Shown one piece after another: positions 17,450-26,892 of a stretch of 37,955 nt of DNA. Every line of letters starts with the position of its first letter. Positions within the stretch are counted from its first letter, which is position 1. A program made the translations under genes and the position numbers. Origin of the DNA: Oscillospiraceae bacterium (lineage in GTDB: Bacteria; Bacillota; Clostridia; Oscillospirales; Ruminococcaceae); contig JAISIJ010000212.1 in assembly GCA_031262245.1 (NCBI GenBank), positions 1-37,955 of the forward strand, given 5' to 3'. The notes under the pieces are model-generated. The model was not told where the DNA came from. It was given only the letters and a program-made list of their open reading frames with translations, and did not search any database.

Positions 17450-20225
17450 AAAACCTGTCTCTTAATTGGTCGGCAGTCAAATTGGTTTTCTGGATTTTTT
17501 CTTGCGGTTTATTCTTTTTCTTTGCAAAATCTTGTTGTGCACGTTCAAAATGCAACCTTGCTTCCTCTTCGGGAGTAGGGTTATAGCTGTTTACGGAGCT
17601 TGGGGCTTTAGGTTTAGGTGTTTCGGGAGGAGTAGCTTGAGGTTTAGATGTTTCGGAAGGAGTAGCTTGAGGAGTATTTTCTTGCACAGGTTCTGTTACC
17701 GTTTCTTCTTCTTTTCCTTTTTTTTGAACCTTTTCTTCCGTGACTTCTTTTTCCTCTTCGCTCTTAACCTCTGCACCTAACATAGTCGCAATTGCCTTTG
17801 CCTGCATTTCCGCAACGGATTGTTCAGAGATTTTCTTTGAATTTTCTTCTAATTCTTCGTCAAGCTCTGTTTCCAATTCATCCCCCGCATAAACACCGTA
17901 TTCTCCTAAAAGTCCGTATTCATTCTCGTTATCGTCACCCTCATATTTCGCATTAAACACTTGCTTATTAAAGATTTTATCAGCAAAAACCAATTGTGTA
18001 TTATCGGGTAAGTCAAAAAATGTCTTGTATTCTTCACGGCGTTTTACAATTAATTTTTGAATGGTAACAGAGAATTCGCCTAAGCTACTCCAATTCTTAA
18101 CAACATCAAAAACTTCCCCTACTTGCATATAAAAAATATCCGATTCATCTGTGATAATACGAGCTTGTGTAAGCAATTTCCCAAGCAATCGGAAAATATT
18201 CCTTGCTTCAAGGTATGCCTGCATTTTCAAGTCGGTAATGCGTTCAACATTGTTGATATTCGCTTGTATTCTTTTTACATAATGCTTAATAATCCGCTTT
18301 TTTCCGTTTCCCACAGGCGGCATAACAAACTCGGGTTTCTTTTTTACTTTAACTTCCATATATTCCTTGAGTTTTTCGCTGTCACTCAAAATTTCATTTA
18401 TTTGATTAACAAGCAACATAGGGTGTTCCGCATAATTCTTATCCTCAAGGCGATACATTCCCTCGATAAACTTTCCGTGGTCGTGGATAAATGTAGCTAT
18501 CTCCTCACCGAAAGTTGCACCTGTTCCGGTTTTTTCTCTTTCCTTTTCAAGGAAGTCATTAAACTCTGCATCTGTTTTAAATCTTGAAAATGTTGTTCTC
18601 TCTCCGAAATTAATAATTCTCACACAGAGTTTGCCTAATGCTTTTTTATGCAATTCCGTTTCATTGTTAAAAAGCAACGGTTTAATATAGCTTTCGGGGT
18701 CTTTAACTCCTACTGTTCGCAGTTTGCTTTTAAGTTTATCAAGACAGATATGCAACGAGAGTTCCGAAAGCAAAACATTCGACCATTCCGTTGAAAAAGT
18801 GTGCATTGCCTCTTCAAGCAATTCGATTAAATCTTCCGAACGCATTTCATTATAGTTAAATTGTTCCAAAAGTGCAAAATTCCCCAGCGTTGTTTCAATA
18901 AATTTCTCCTCTGTTTTGTCTGCTTTGTTAAACATTCTCAAAAACTTAACGGCAAATTTCAGCCAAGAGAAAAATCCCATATTCTCGAAAATATTAACTT
19001 TCTCTTCGTCCTCAATTCGCATTGCTTTTTTCAAAGGTGCTAAAGACGACCTTATAGGCAAAAGCCCCAAAAGCACATTCATATTTGTAAGATTATAGTA
19101 TACTCTGCCGTTTGCCGCTGATACTATATTATTTATCTCATTTGCAAAAGGTTCAATGAGATTAACATTACCGATACAAGTTGCAGCAAGTCCGTAAAAA
19201 GCATTGGCATAAGCTCGAATTGTAAAACTCTCTGTCAATGGCAAATTAACCCCTCGCATATCTTTACCCAAGGGGCGGCTGTCTAATTTAATAACATTAT
19301 TAACCTTAAAATTAAGTACATCCTCAAATTCAAGTATAACCGTTTTGTCATTTATAATAGAAAAACCCACACGATAGTTATTATAATTAGGTGTAGGTGC
19401 AACGTGTAAGCGTTTGGTTGCGGCTGTATTTGTAACAGGCGGTGTGTTAAAATCTTTCAGTTCTTTGATTTTCTCAACTGTTTCAATTAAATCTTTAAGT
19501 GCGGCATCTGAAATTTTAACACTGTCTTTTATACTCTCATAATAGTGTTTTTTGTCAGTATAATTGTAATAATAAGTAGTTGATGTTTGAATTTTACCGT
19601 CTTTTGTTTCGTTGCTCCCCATTTTAATAACCGCTTCATTAAGCAACCCTGCCGGATTAGATGTAAACATTGTCCCAACAACTTTAGCTTCATTATATTC
19701 CTGCACCAAAACGTGCATACGCAGTTTTGCAAGCGGAAGCTCTTTTTTATGGTAATATTCCAAAATTTCAGGTTGAAATATTGATGCAAAAGCTTTTATA
19801 ACATATTTTACTATATCAGTTACGGGAACATTTAAAAAATTCCCCAATCTTCTTGTTAATATCCCACCCTCTGTGTCATAATTCTCCGTCGAAGAGTGGA
19901 TAGCAATAAACTTCGCATTAGGTATATTCTTCCTAACAGCACCCCTTACCTGTTCCTTAAAAACACTATCCGTATTAAGTGAATATATTATCCTCTTAAC
20001 TTGGTCACAGGCATTACTCATACTGACATAATCTGTCGGGTCGGTATTATTCAATATCGCCGTTATCTTTACCCGTCTTTCCCTCAAATACTCATCAAGA
20101 TAAAGTGCAGAAATTACAAACAGATTAGGTACATTAAATCCATTCTTCTTAAGTATAAACATATTCCTTGCCTTAGCACCTATCCCATATCCCTCATAAT
20201 CGTTAAGAGTAAGTATCGCCTTCAT
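17448..20225 (-). CDS. Degenerate PEP/pyruvate-binding (PEP synthase or rifampin phosphotransferase-like) protein with acidic/Pro-rich tail
   Basis: GIGAKARNM...GFNVP, VLVQE, GTMFTSNP, NGRVYYNL, DIFYM...RREEY; catalytic motifs altered and no His swivel domain. Confidence 0.75.
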   Translation of the reverse strand: MKAILTLNDYEGYGIGAKARNMFILKKNGFNVPNLFVISALYLDEYLRERRVKITAILNNTDPTDYVSMSNACDQVKRIIYSLNTDSVFKEQVRGAVRKNIPNAKFIAIHSSTENYDTEGGILTRRLGNFLNVPVTDIVKYVIKAFASIFQPEILEYYHKKELPLAKLRMHVLVQEYNEAKVVGTMFTSNPAGLLNEAVIKMGSNETKDGKIQTSTTYYYNYTDKKHYYESIKDSVKISDAALKDLIETVEKIKELKDFNTPPVTNTAATKRLHVAPTPNYNNYRVGFSIINDKTVILEFEDVLNFKVNNVIKLDSRPLGKDMRGVNLPLTESFTIRAYANAFYGLAATCIGNVNLIEPFANEINNIVSAANGRVYYNLTNMNVLLGLLPIRSSLAPLKKAMRIEDEEKVNIFENMGFFSWLKFAVKFLRMFNKADKTEEKFIETTLGNFALLEQFNYNEMRSEDLIELLEEAMHTFSTEWSNVLLSELSLHICLDKLKSKLRTVGVKDPESYIKPLLFNNETELHKKALGKLCVRIINFGERTTFSRFKTDAEFNDFLEKEREKTGTGATFGEEIATFIHDHGKFIEGMYRLEDKNYAEHPMLLVNQINEILSDSEKLKEYMEVKVKKKPEFVMPPVGNGKKRIIKHYVKRIQANINNVERITDLKMQAYLEARNIFRLLGKLLTQARIITDESDIFYMQVGEVFDVVKNWSSLGEFSVTIQKLIVKRREEYKTFFDLPDNTQLVFADKIFNKQVFNAKYEGDDNENEYGLLGEYGVYAGDELETELDEELEENSKKISEQSVAEMQAKAIATMLGAEVKSEEEKEVTEEKVQKKGKEEETVTEPVQENTPQATPSETSKPQATPPETPKPKAPSSVNSYNPTPEEEARLHFERAQQDFAKKKNKPQEKIQKTNLTADQLRDRF

Positions 20226-20240
20226 TTTTTCTCCTTGAGC

Positions 20241-20347
20241 TTTTTTTCTTTGAGCCGCCTGTACTTATATCAAATTATCAGCTGTGAAAATATATTCTCA
20301 CAAATTCTGCACCTTTTTTATTTTTTTCTTTGAGCCGCCTGTACTTA
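20241..20347. repeat. Perfect 27-bp direct repeat (20241-20267 and 20321-20347)
   Basis: tttttttctttgagccgcctgtactta twice, 80 bp apart. Confidence 0.92.
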
Positions 20348-20418
20348 CCTCTGTTATCTTTAGGTACGGGCTATTATAAAAAATCCTTTGCACTTTTTTT
20401 ATCTTACACAACTTTATC

Positions 20419-22020
20419 TTAAACAACACCCTTACCCAACTCCACAACAACATCAGCGTCTTTGAGGGTTTCGGGGCGGTGTGCAATAACAAAACTTGTC
20501 CTGCCCACTGTTAATTCCTTTAAAGCCTGTGATATTTTCTTCTCTGTTTCAATATCAACCGAGCTTGTCGCCTCGTCCAAAATAATAACAGGCGGATTTT
20601 TCAGAAAAGCTCTTGCAATACATATCAGCTGCTTTTCACCGTCAGAGAGTACATTATTTTCATTACAAATATAGTCATATCCCCCGGGCAAACCCATAAT
20701 AATCTTGTGAACCTGTGCTTGTTTGCAAGCCTTTTTAATTTCCTCATCGGTGCTTTCGGGTTTACCGTACGCAACATTTTCCCTTATACTCCCTGTAAAC
20801 ACCCAAGTATCCTGCATAACACAAGTCATAATTTCAGCAAGATTAATATCTCCCACAGGGACATTATCAATTAAAATCTCACCTTTGTCAAGTTCATAAA
20901 ATCCCACAAGGAGGTTAACAAGCGTTGTTTTTCCGCAACCTGTTTTGCCGATTATGGCTATTTTCTGCCCTTTTTCAACTTTCAACGAAAAGTTTTCGAT
21001 AATATTTTCGTTCGGTTTATATCCGAACGTAACATTTTTAAACTCAATTATATCCCCCGAAACTGTTTTCTTATCCGTCTTAACAGGGGTATCTTCAATC
21101 TCAATCACACGTTCCGCACTTTTAATTGCTTTTTGCAATTCCGTAAAAACACTTGAAATCTCATTAAACGGTTTTGTATATTGATTGGCATAAGTTAACA
21201 TTGCAACCAACGCACCCACAGTCAACGCATTATCCGTTACATATAACGCACCGATTAAGGCTATCACCGCATAAATCATACCGTTCACAAACCTTGTGCA
21301 AGGGTTTGCAAGGGAGGATATAAACGTTGCTTTGCAACCTGCTTTTGAAAAGTTTTTGTTTAATACTGCATATTTTTCAGCAACATAATCTTCGGCGGTA
21401 AGTGTTTTAACCAATTTAACATTAGAAATATATTCCTCTGTAAACGCTGTTAAATGCCCTTTTTCAACGTTCATAACACCCACAAACTTTTTTGAAGATA
21501 TTGCTATAAAATGAGCGGTAAGCAGTGGTAACGGCGTTAATGCCAAAACATAGAGAGCAATATGGCGGTTGATAAAAAACATTGCCGAGAGTGTTCCTAT
21601 TATTGTAACAACAGCAGTAAAAAACTGTGTAACCGCCTGTAATAAACCATCTGAAATATTTTCGCAGTCCGCAACTGTCCGGCTTACCAAATCGCCTTTG
21701 TTGTGCCTGTCCAATTTTGAAACAGGAAGTCTTTGGAGTTTTGAAAAGAGATTAATTCTCAAGTCCTTTGCGGTGTTATATGAAAATTTTGCAGAGATTA
21801 TACTGTTAAACCATTGACAAAAAGCAACTACCATAACAATTATAACCATTTGCAACAGTATTTCAGATATTTTATTAAAGTTAACATTATTTTCTCCCAC
21901 AGCAAAGTCAATAGTTTTACCAATCAGAAAGGGTACGAATAAAGCTAAAACCCCACCGACTGTTGAGAATAACAACGATAAAAATAATTCTTTTCTATAT
22001 GGTTTTATAAATTCTTTCAT
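20419..22020 (-). CDS. ABC exporter, fused permease/ATPase half-transporter
   Basis: Six-TM domain, GKTGCGKTT, LSDGEKQ, VIILDEATSSVD, IAHR. Confidence 0.93.
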   Translation of the reverse strand: MKEFIKPYRKELFLSLLFSTVGGVLALFVPFLIGKTIDFAVGENNVNFNKISEILLQMVIIVMVVAFCQWFNSIISAKFSYNTAKDLRINLFSKLQRLPVSKLDRHNKGDLVSRTVADCENISDGLLQAVTQFFTAVVTIIGTLSAMFFINRHIALYVLALTPLPLLTAHFIAISSKKFVGVMNVEKGHLTAFTEEYISNVKLVKTLTAEDYVAEKYAVLNKNFSKAGCKATFISSLANPCTRFVNGMIYAVIALIGALYVTDNALTVGALVAMLTYANQYTKPFNEISSVFTELQKAIKSAERVIEIEDTPVKTDKKTVSGDIIEFKNVTFGYKPNENIIENFSLKVEKGQKIAIIGKTGCGKTTLVNLLVGFYELDKGEILIDNVPVGDINLAEIMTCVMQDTWVFTGSIRENVAYGKPESTDEEIKKACKQAQVHKIIMGLPGGYDYICNENNVLSDGEKQLICIARAFLKNPPVIILDEATSSVDIETEKKISQALKELTVGRTSFVIAHRPETLKDADVVVELGKGVV

Positions 22021-22101
22021 TTAAATACTGCATATCACCCACTTAAAATAAAACGCCGCCTGAAAATGAACCCAAAAAGTCTCCCTTAAAAATGAACCAC
22101 C

Positions 22102-22173
22102 CGCACCTAACCGGAATCGAACCGGTATCTTTAGAGTCGGAGTCTAATGCTCTATCCTTTAAGCTATAGGCAC
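22102..22173 (-). tRNA. tRNA-Arg(CCG), no encoded CCA
   Basis: Acceptor GTGCCTA/TAGGTGC, D-arm GCTT-AAAGGATA-GAGC, anticodon arm TTAGA-CTCCGAC-TCTAA, T-arm ACCGG-TTCGATT-CCGGT. Confidence 0.95.
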
Positions 22174-22176
22174 TGA

Positions 22177-22329
22177 GTTGGTATGTAACATTTTGACTTC
22201 GTCAAAATGTTACATACCAACAATTAATAATTAGTAATTAATAATGAATAATTTAATTATCAATTATATAATTTTCCAATTTAATTATTAATTACTAATT
22301 CTTCATTACTAATTGTCGACGAAGTCGAC
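22177..22329. repeat. Family B element, complete: hairpin, heptamers, inverted heptamers, hairpin
   Basis: 21-bp perfect stem gttggtatgtaacattttgac-ttc-gtcaaaatgttacataccaac; aattaataattagt...actaatt; gtcgac-gaa-gtcgac. Confidence 0.9.
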
Positions 22330-23465
22330 GTAGACGTAGTTGTTGCGTCTATTACATTCCCCGAAGTGTCATATTGAAAAACTGACGATACAGGGATTGG
22401 TTCTGTAAATTCGCCGCTGTAGTCAACAAAACTTATGTTCAAATCAACATCTCCGCTGATACCGTCAACTTTCCCTGTGTTTGAATATTGCCAGATTTTA
22501 TAATCATAATAGTATGAGGTTTCGTCATTATAATCTGCAACCCAAAAATCATAGTCTGTCAAACGTGAAAGGTCATATTTGAGATATAAGAGTTTGCGGC
22601 TTGCATAAATCATCGGCACATAGCCGTTGTTTTTGATATTCTCACAAAAAGCTATTGCACAGTCGGTAAAATCCGCAACCTTAACATCGTCTGTTCTTGC
22701 GTCATCTCCTGCAATAATCTCCCAGTCATATACAACGGGAAAACTTATTTCATAAGGCTCTATAGCGTCAAGAATGAGATTACTCTCCTCAACCGCCTCT
22801 TCAACGCTGACAGCCTGTGAAAAGAAATATACCCCTACTTTAATACCGGCGTCAACCGCTCCTTGGATATTTTTTTGATAATTATCGTCAAGTTTTGAAA
22901 CACCCGAACCGTAAGTTCTCACACCTGTGCGGATAAATGCAAAATCAACCCCTGCCGCCTTCACTTTTTGCCAGTCAATATCACCGTTATGAACAGAAAC
23001 ATCTATACCCACAAGGCTGTTAATACTTCCGTTATGGAGATAGTATTTAAAACCGTTTTCCGCATTATGGTAATTTTCATTTTTCAGTTGGTTGAGGGGA
23101 ACGTCTGTTAAAAGGGGTATCCAAACTTCACCCATACCGCCGTCTTGGAAGAGTACTTTTTTGTATATATCGTCATTAAACACAGGGGAGTGAGCGGTGA
23201 GAGTAAAAGGCTCTCTGGCATATCGCTTGATAATCTCATATTGCGGGTCGGCAACGCTGACAGGAGTAATACCGTCTGTTTGTTGCGGAGATATAAGTTT
23301 CCCGGAATATGCGTTATACAGCAGAACAGATAACACCGCTATAGTTACAAGCAACAATACAATAAAACTTATATTAAGAATTTTCAGAGTAGTTTTAAGT
23401 TTACTTTCTCCGTTTTTTTCTAACGGAAATTCAAAATGCTTATCATTTGTTTTTTCTTTTGCCAC
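22281..23465 (-). CDS. Membrane-anchored GH25 muramidase (lysozyme M1-like)
   Basis: TM helix; GIDVSVHNGDIDW, GVYFFSQA, VYDWE, WVADY, WQYSNTGKVDGISGDVDLN. Confidence 0.93.
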   Translation of the reverse strand: MAKEKTNDKHFEFPLEKNGESKLKTTLKILNISFIVLLLVTIAVLSVLLYNAYSGKLISPQQTDGITPVSVADPQYEIIKRYAREPFTLTAHSPVFNDDIYKKVLFQDGGMGEVWIPLLTDVPLNQLKNENYHNAENGFKYYLHNGSINSLVGIDVSVHNGDIDWQKVKAAGVDFAFIRTGVRTYGSGVSKLDDNYQKNIQGAVDAGIKVGVYFFSQAVSVEEAVEESNLILDAIEPYEISFPVVYDWEIIAGDDARTDDVKVADFTDCAIAFCENIKNNGYVPMIYASRKLLYLKYDLSRLTDYDFWVADYNDETSYYYDYKIWQYSNTGKVDGISGDVDLNISFVDYSGEFTEPIPVSSVFQYDTSGNVIDATTTSTSTSSTISNEELVINN

Positions 23466-23506
23466 TAATACACCTCTTTTTACTTACAATATAATAAATC
23501 TTTCCT

Positions 23507-24841
23507 CTAAAACCTAAAAGGCAGATAATCTACCGAAACAGCCTCAACAGGGGTTGCGGTAATAGTAACAGTATTATTCTCAACTTCAATACTTGCCCAA
23601 CAATCGGGGAAGTTCTCTAAGATTACTTTATAATTCTTGGTAAATGCAAGGTTCGTCATATTCTGGTCTGTTAAATCAACTTCAACCGTAATATCTTCGG
23701 GTTGTATCTTTTCAAGGGATTCTTCGGGTCCTATAATCGAGAATGTTTTGGAATATTCCTCTATCTTAAATTCATAATTCATGGGTTTGTTGATTATCGA
23801 AAAATCCTCTGTGTTAACAGTAAAATCTTTTTGTATATATTCTTGGTCGTCAAAAATAACACCCACAGACTTAATATCTGAAATATTCTTAAAATTATCG
23901 GGTAAAGTCAGATAAAAAACTTTTACAAATTCAGGTGTAACTTCTCTCAAGTCAATATATCCCAAAGACCTTGAGAAAGTATTAATAGAATCTTTCGGAG
24001 CGGCAACTGTTATTGACGCAGGAGAAAAACGGAATTTTGATTTTAAGAGGTCAACGTCAAGATAGTCAGGTGCATTTTTCAATTCAAAATCAAATTTCAA
24101 AGTCTTTTTTGCAAGAATGAGAAAGTTTACAGTATAATCCATAAGCGGAACAGTAAGGGAAGATTGGTTTAAAACTGATTCGTCAGCTGTATATAATGTC
24201 ATTTTAGAGGCGTGAGTAGTATAGCTCTCCGCAGAGCTTATAATATCTTCCACATTAACAACGACTTTATCAATACTCGAAATTTGTGCGGCAGGACCTT
24301 TGATTGTAACTGTTTGAGGTGAAATACTTGTGCTGTCGATAAATAAATCGGGTTCGGAAACAGTAACACCCGGAGCCTCAACGGTGACATCAAAGCGTTT
24401 TTCAATAATCTTATCAAAAGTAACATTAACATTTGCAGGTTCTATTTTTAAAGTTTCAACTTCAATTCCGCTGTGATTATCAAGAGCAAGCCGTAAATTA
24501 TACTCTCCCGCACCTGTCACTTCATCACAAATTACCCGAACAGATAAATCGTCAGCCTTAATCGAACCAACCTGTTGCCGTTCACCTCTGATTTGCACAT
24601 CGGCATTTGCAGGTAAAGGGGAAACAACACTTAAGTTAGCCAACTCACCTGTCAAAGTGATATTTGAAAGCTTTACATTATCAATGGTTTTCGGAGCAGT
24701 AGGGTAAATTGTTACAGACACAATAAACCAAACAAGCACAGACAAAAACACTGAATAAATAATCAATGCTATTTTCCCTGTGAATTTTTTTAATATATTC
24801 TTTTTTGTATTAATTCTTAAATTATTACCCATCTTTTTCAC
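23507..24841 (-). CDS. cdaR: CdaR/YbbR-family diadenylate cyclase regulator
   Basis: SVLVWFIV TM segment then repeated beta domains (V.IRG, PQTVTIKGP); directly downstream of cdaA. Confidence 0.85.
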   Translation of the reverse strand: MKKMGNNLRINTKKNILKKFTGKIALIIYSVFLSVLVWFIVSVTIYPTAPKTIDNVKLSNITLTGELANLSVVSPLPANADVQIRGERQQVGSIKADDLSVRVICDEVTGAGEYNLRLALDNHSGIEVETLKIEPANVNVTFDKIIEKRFDVTVEAPGVTVSEPDLFIDSTSISPQTVTIKGPAAQISSIDKVVVNVEDIISSAESYTTHASKMTLYTADESVLNQSSLTVPLMDYTVNFLILAKKTLKFDFELKNAPDYLDVDLLKSKFRFSPASITVAAPKDSINTFSRSLGYIDLREVTPEFVKVFYLTLPDNFKNISDIKSVGVIFDDQEYIQKDFTVNTEDFSIINKPMNYEFKIEEYSKTFSIIGPEESLEKIQPEDITVEVDLTDQNMTNLAFTKNYKVILENFPDCWASIEVENNTVTITATPVEAVSVDYLPFRF

Positions 24842-24845
24842 ATCC

Positions 24846-24903
24846 CATTACTCATTACTCATTACTAATTTCTAATTACTAATTGTGCAAGCTCCGCTTG
24901 CAC
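24846..24903 (-). repeat. Family B half-element between cdaA and cdaR
   Basis: Minus strand gtgcaagc-gga-gcttgcac then aattagt aattaga aattagt aatgagt aatgagt. Confidence 0.88.
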
Positions 24904-25803
24904 TCAGTCTTTTTTGTTATTAAAATCTATATTGCTGTGTATATCCTCAACGGTTTTAATCTTTTTAAGCTTAGTAGGTTTCTCATTGGGGATAATATTA
25001 GTTGTAAGATAGCTTTTAATATAGTCAATGTTAAGGTTGCGAGTTAGATTACCTTTTTCCGCTATGGAAATAAACCCTGTTTCCTCTGAAACAATTATAA
25101 TAATTGCATCGGAATTTTCGCTCATACCTATAGCCGCTCTGTGACGTGAACCTAATTTTTTGTTGATTTTTGTATCGTCCATAGGTTTGGGCAAAAAGCA
25201 ACCTGCCGCAAGTAACATACCGTCACGAACAATCAATGCACCGTCGTGTAGAGGTGTGTTTTTAAAAAATATATTCAAAAGCAATTCTTTTGTGGGTGAG
25301 GCGTTAAGAGTAGTCCCTGTTGCAATTTGCTCTCCTAACTTTGTTTGCCCCTCGATAACAATCAACGCTCCCGTGAAAGTCGCTGACATTTCCTCAAGTG
25401 CCTCACAAATCTCGTCAATTGCAATATACCATTGCAACGTCACTTTATCCTGCATTTTAATACTGAAAAGCCGCTTTGTTCCCACTTTGGTCTGACCGAA
25501 TTTCTCCAAAATCCGTCGCAGTTCAGGTTGGAAAATAATTATAAACGCAAGTAACCCTACATCTAATATATTCTTTAAAACGAATTGTAAAACCTTTAAT
25601 TCAGCTAATTTTGCCACAAGATATACAGCCACTAAAAGCATAATACCTTTTAACAGCTGACCCGCTCTTGTTTCACGCACAAGACTTATACCTTTATATA
25701 GAATAAAGGCAACTACCAGTATATCAACAACATCAACTAATTTTACGGATTCCAAAACGCTGAGTAAAGAACTCTTTATATCATCAAAATTAAATATATC
25801 CAA
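24904..25803 (-). CDS. cdaA: Membrane diadenylate cyclase
   Basis: Three TM helices, FQPELRR, GALIVIE, PLHDGA, GSRHRAAIG, VSEETG. Confidence 0.96.
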   Translation of the reverse strand: MDIFNFDDIKSSLLSVLESVKLVDVVDILVVAFILYKGISLVRETRAGQLLKGIMLLVAVYLVAKLAELKVLQFVLKNILDVGLLAFIIIFQPELRRILEKFGQTKVGTKRLFSIKMQDKVTLQWYIAIDEICEALEEMSATFTGALIVIEGQTKLGEQIATGTTLNASPTKELLLNIFFKNTPLHDGALIVRDGMLLAAGCFLPKPMDDTKINKKLGSRHRAAIGMSENSDAIIIIVSEETGFISIAEKGNLTRNLNIDYIKSYLTTNIIPNEKPTKLKKIKTVEDIHSNIDFNNKKD

Positions 25804-25847
25804 GTAAAACTTCCTTAGTAAAGTTTTTTATTTAGTACACCACTATA

Positions 25848-25875
25848 ATTATACTACAACTAAAAATTTTGTCAA
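25848..25875 (-). promoter_or_regulatory. sigmaA promoter of cdaA-cdaR
   Basis: Minus strand TTGACA-16 nt-TATAAT. Confidence 0.8.
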
Positions 25876-25996
25876 GTTTTTTATTTTAGTAAATATTTGA
25901 TTATTTTTTACATTAACATAAATTCAATGACTGTAAACCCCACTAAGCCATTGTATGAACAATGACTTTTTATGTTATTTTTTTAGATTGGGAAAT

Positions 25997-26839
25997 CTAA
26001 ATCACAACACTTGCGTGTCGGGTAACGTGACAACCCACATTCACCGCAACAGGCAATCCTGCAATATGAGTGGGATATTGTTCGATATTAACACCCAATG
26101 CGGTAATATCCCCTCCGAACCCCTGACAACCGATATTCAGCTTGTTGAGTTCGGTTAATATTTTATTTTCCAAATCAGCATAGAAAGGGTCGCTGTTACG
26201 CTCTGCAATATCTCTGCAGAGTGCTTTTTTTGCAAGAAAAGCAGAATATTCAAAATTTCCACCGATACCCACACCTATAATCGTGGGAGGACAAGGATTA
26301 CCGCCTGCAGTCTTAACGGTTTCTGTTATAAAATTTACTATTTCATCAACAGTCGCCGAGGGTGTAAACATTTTAACAGCACTCATATTTTCAGAGCCGA
26401 ACCCCTTAGGGCAAACATCAATTTTGACTTTATCACCGTCAACTATTTTTGTATGAATAATCGCCGGAGTGTTGTTTTGTGTATTAACACGGCGTAAAGG
26501 GTCTTTAACAATGGACATTCTTAACAATCCGTTTGTATATCCCTCTGCAACACCTTTATTAATTGCCTCTTCAAGACTGCCGCCTGTTAGGTAAACATTT
26601 TGCCCTATCTCAATGAAAATAACAGCCATTCCTGTATCTTGACAAATCGGCAATTCTTCTGTTTGTGCTATTTCAAGATTTTCAAGCATATCCTTAAAAA
26701 TCCCTTTTGCCGTTTCATTTGTTTCAGCTTTGCCACATTCTTCTATGCAACATTCAAGTGAAGAGGGCAGTTTAAGATTAGCGTCAATGCAAAGTCTGCA
26801 AACCTCTTCTTCTATTTTTAAAACACTTATTTCTCGCAT
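25997..26839 (-). CDS. Fe-S fumarate/tartrate hydratase alpha subunit
   Basis: PICQDTG, PKGFGSEN, GNPCPP, GFGG, HIAGLPVAVN.GCH..RH. Confidence 0.93.
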   Translation of the reverse strand: MREISVLKIEEEVCRLCIDANLKLPSSLECCIEECGKAETNETAKGIFKDMLENLEIAQTEELPICQDTGMAVIFIEIGQNVYLTGGSLEEAINKGVAEGYTNGLLRMSIVKDPLRRVNTQNNTPAIIHTKIVDGDKVKIDVCPKGFGSENMSAVKMFTPSATVDEIVNFITETVKTAGGNPCPPTIIGVGIGGNFEYSAFLAKKALCRDIAERNSDPFYADLENKILTELNKLNIGCQGFGGDITALGVNIEQYPTHIAGLPVAVNVGCHVTRHASVVI

Positions 26840-26892
26840 TTTTTATTCCTTTATATAGTATTATCCGTCACAACTTTCGTTGCGTCTTAATA

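Noticed and set aside
17448-20225. Functional rifampin resistance gene (rph)
   Set aside because: ATP-grasp residues are altered and the phospho-His domain is missing.
22281-23465. Prophage endolysin beside a tRNA attachment site
   Set aside because: Membrane-anchored and co-oriented behind cdaA-cdaR; no integrase, holin or tRNA 3'-end duplication.
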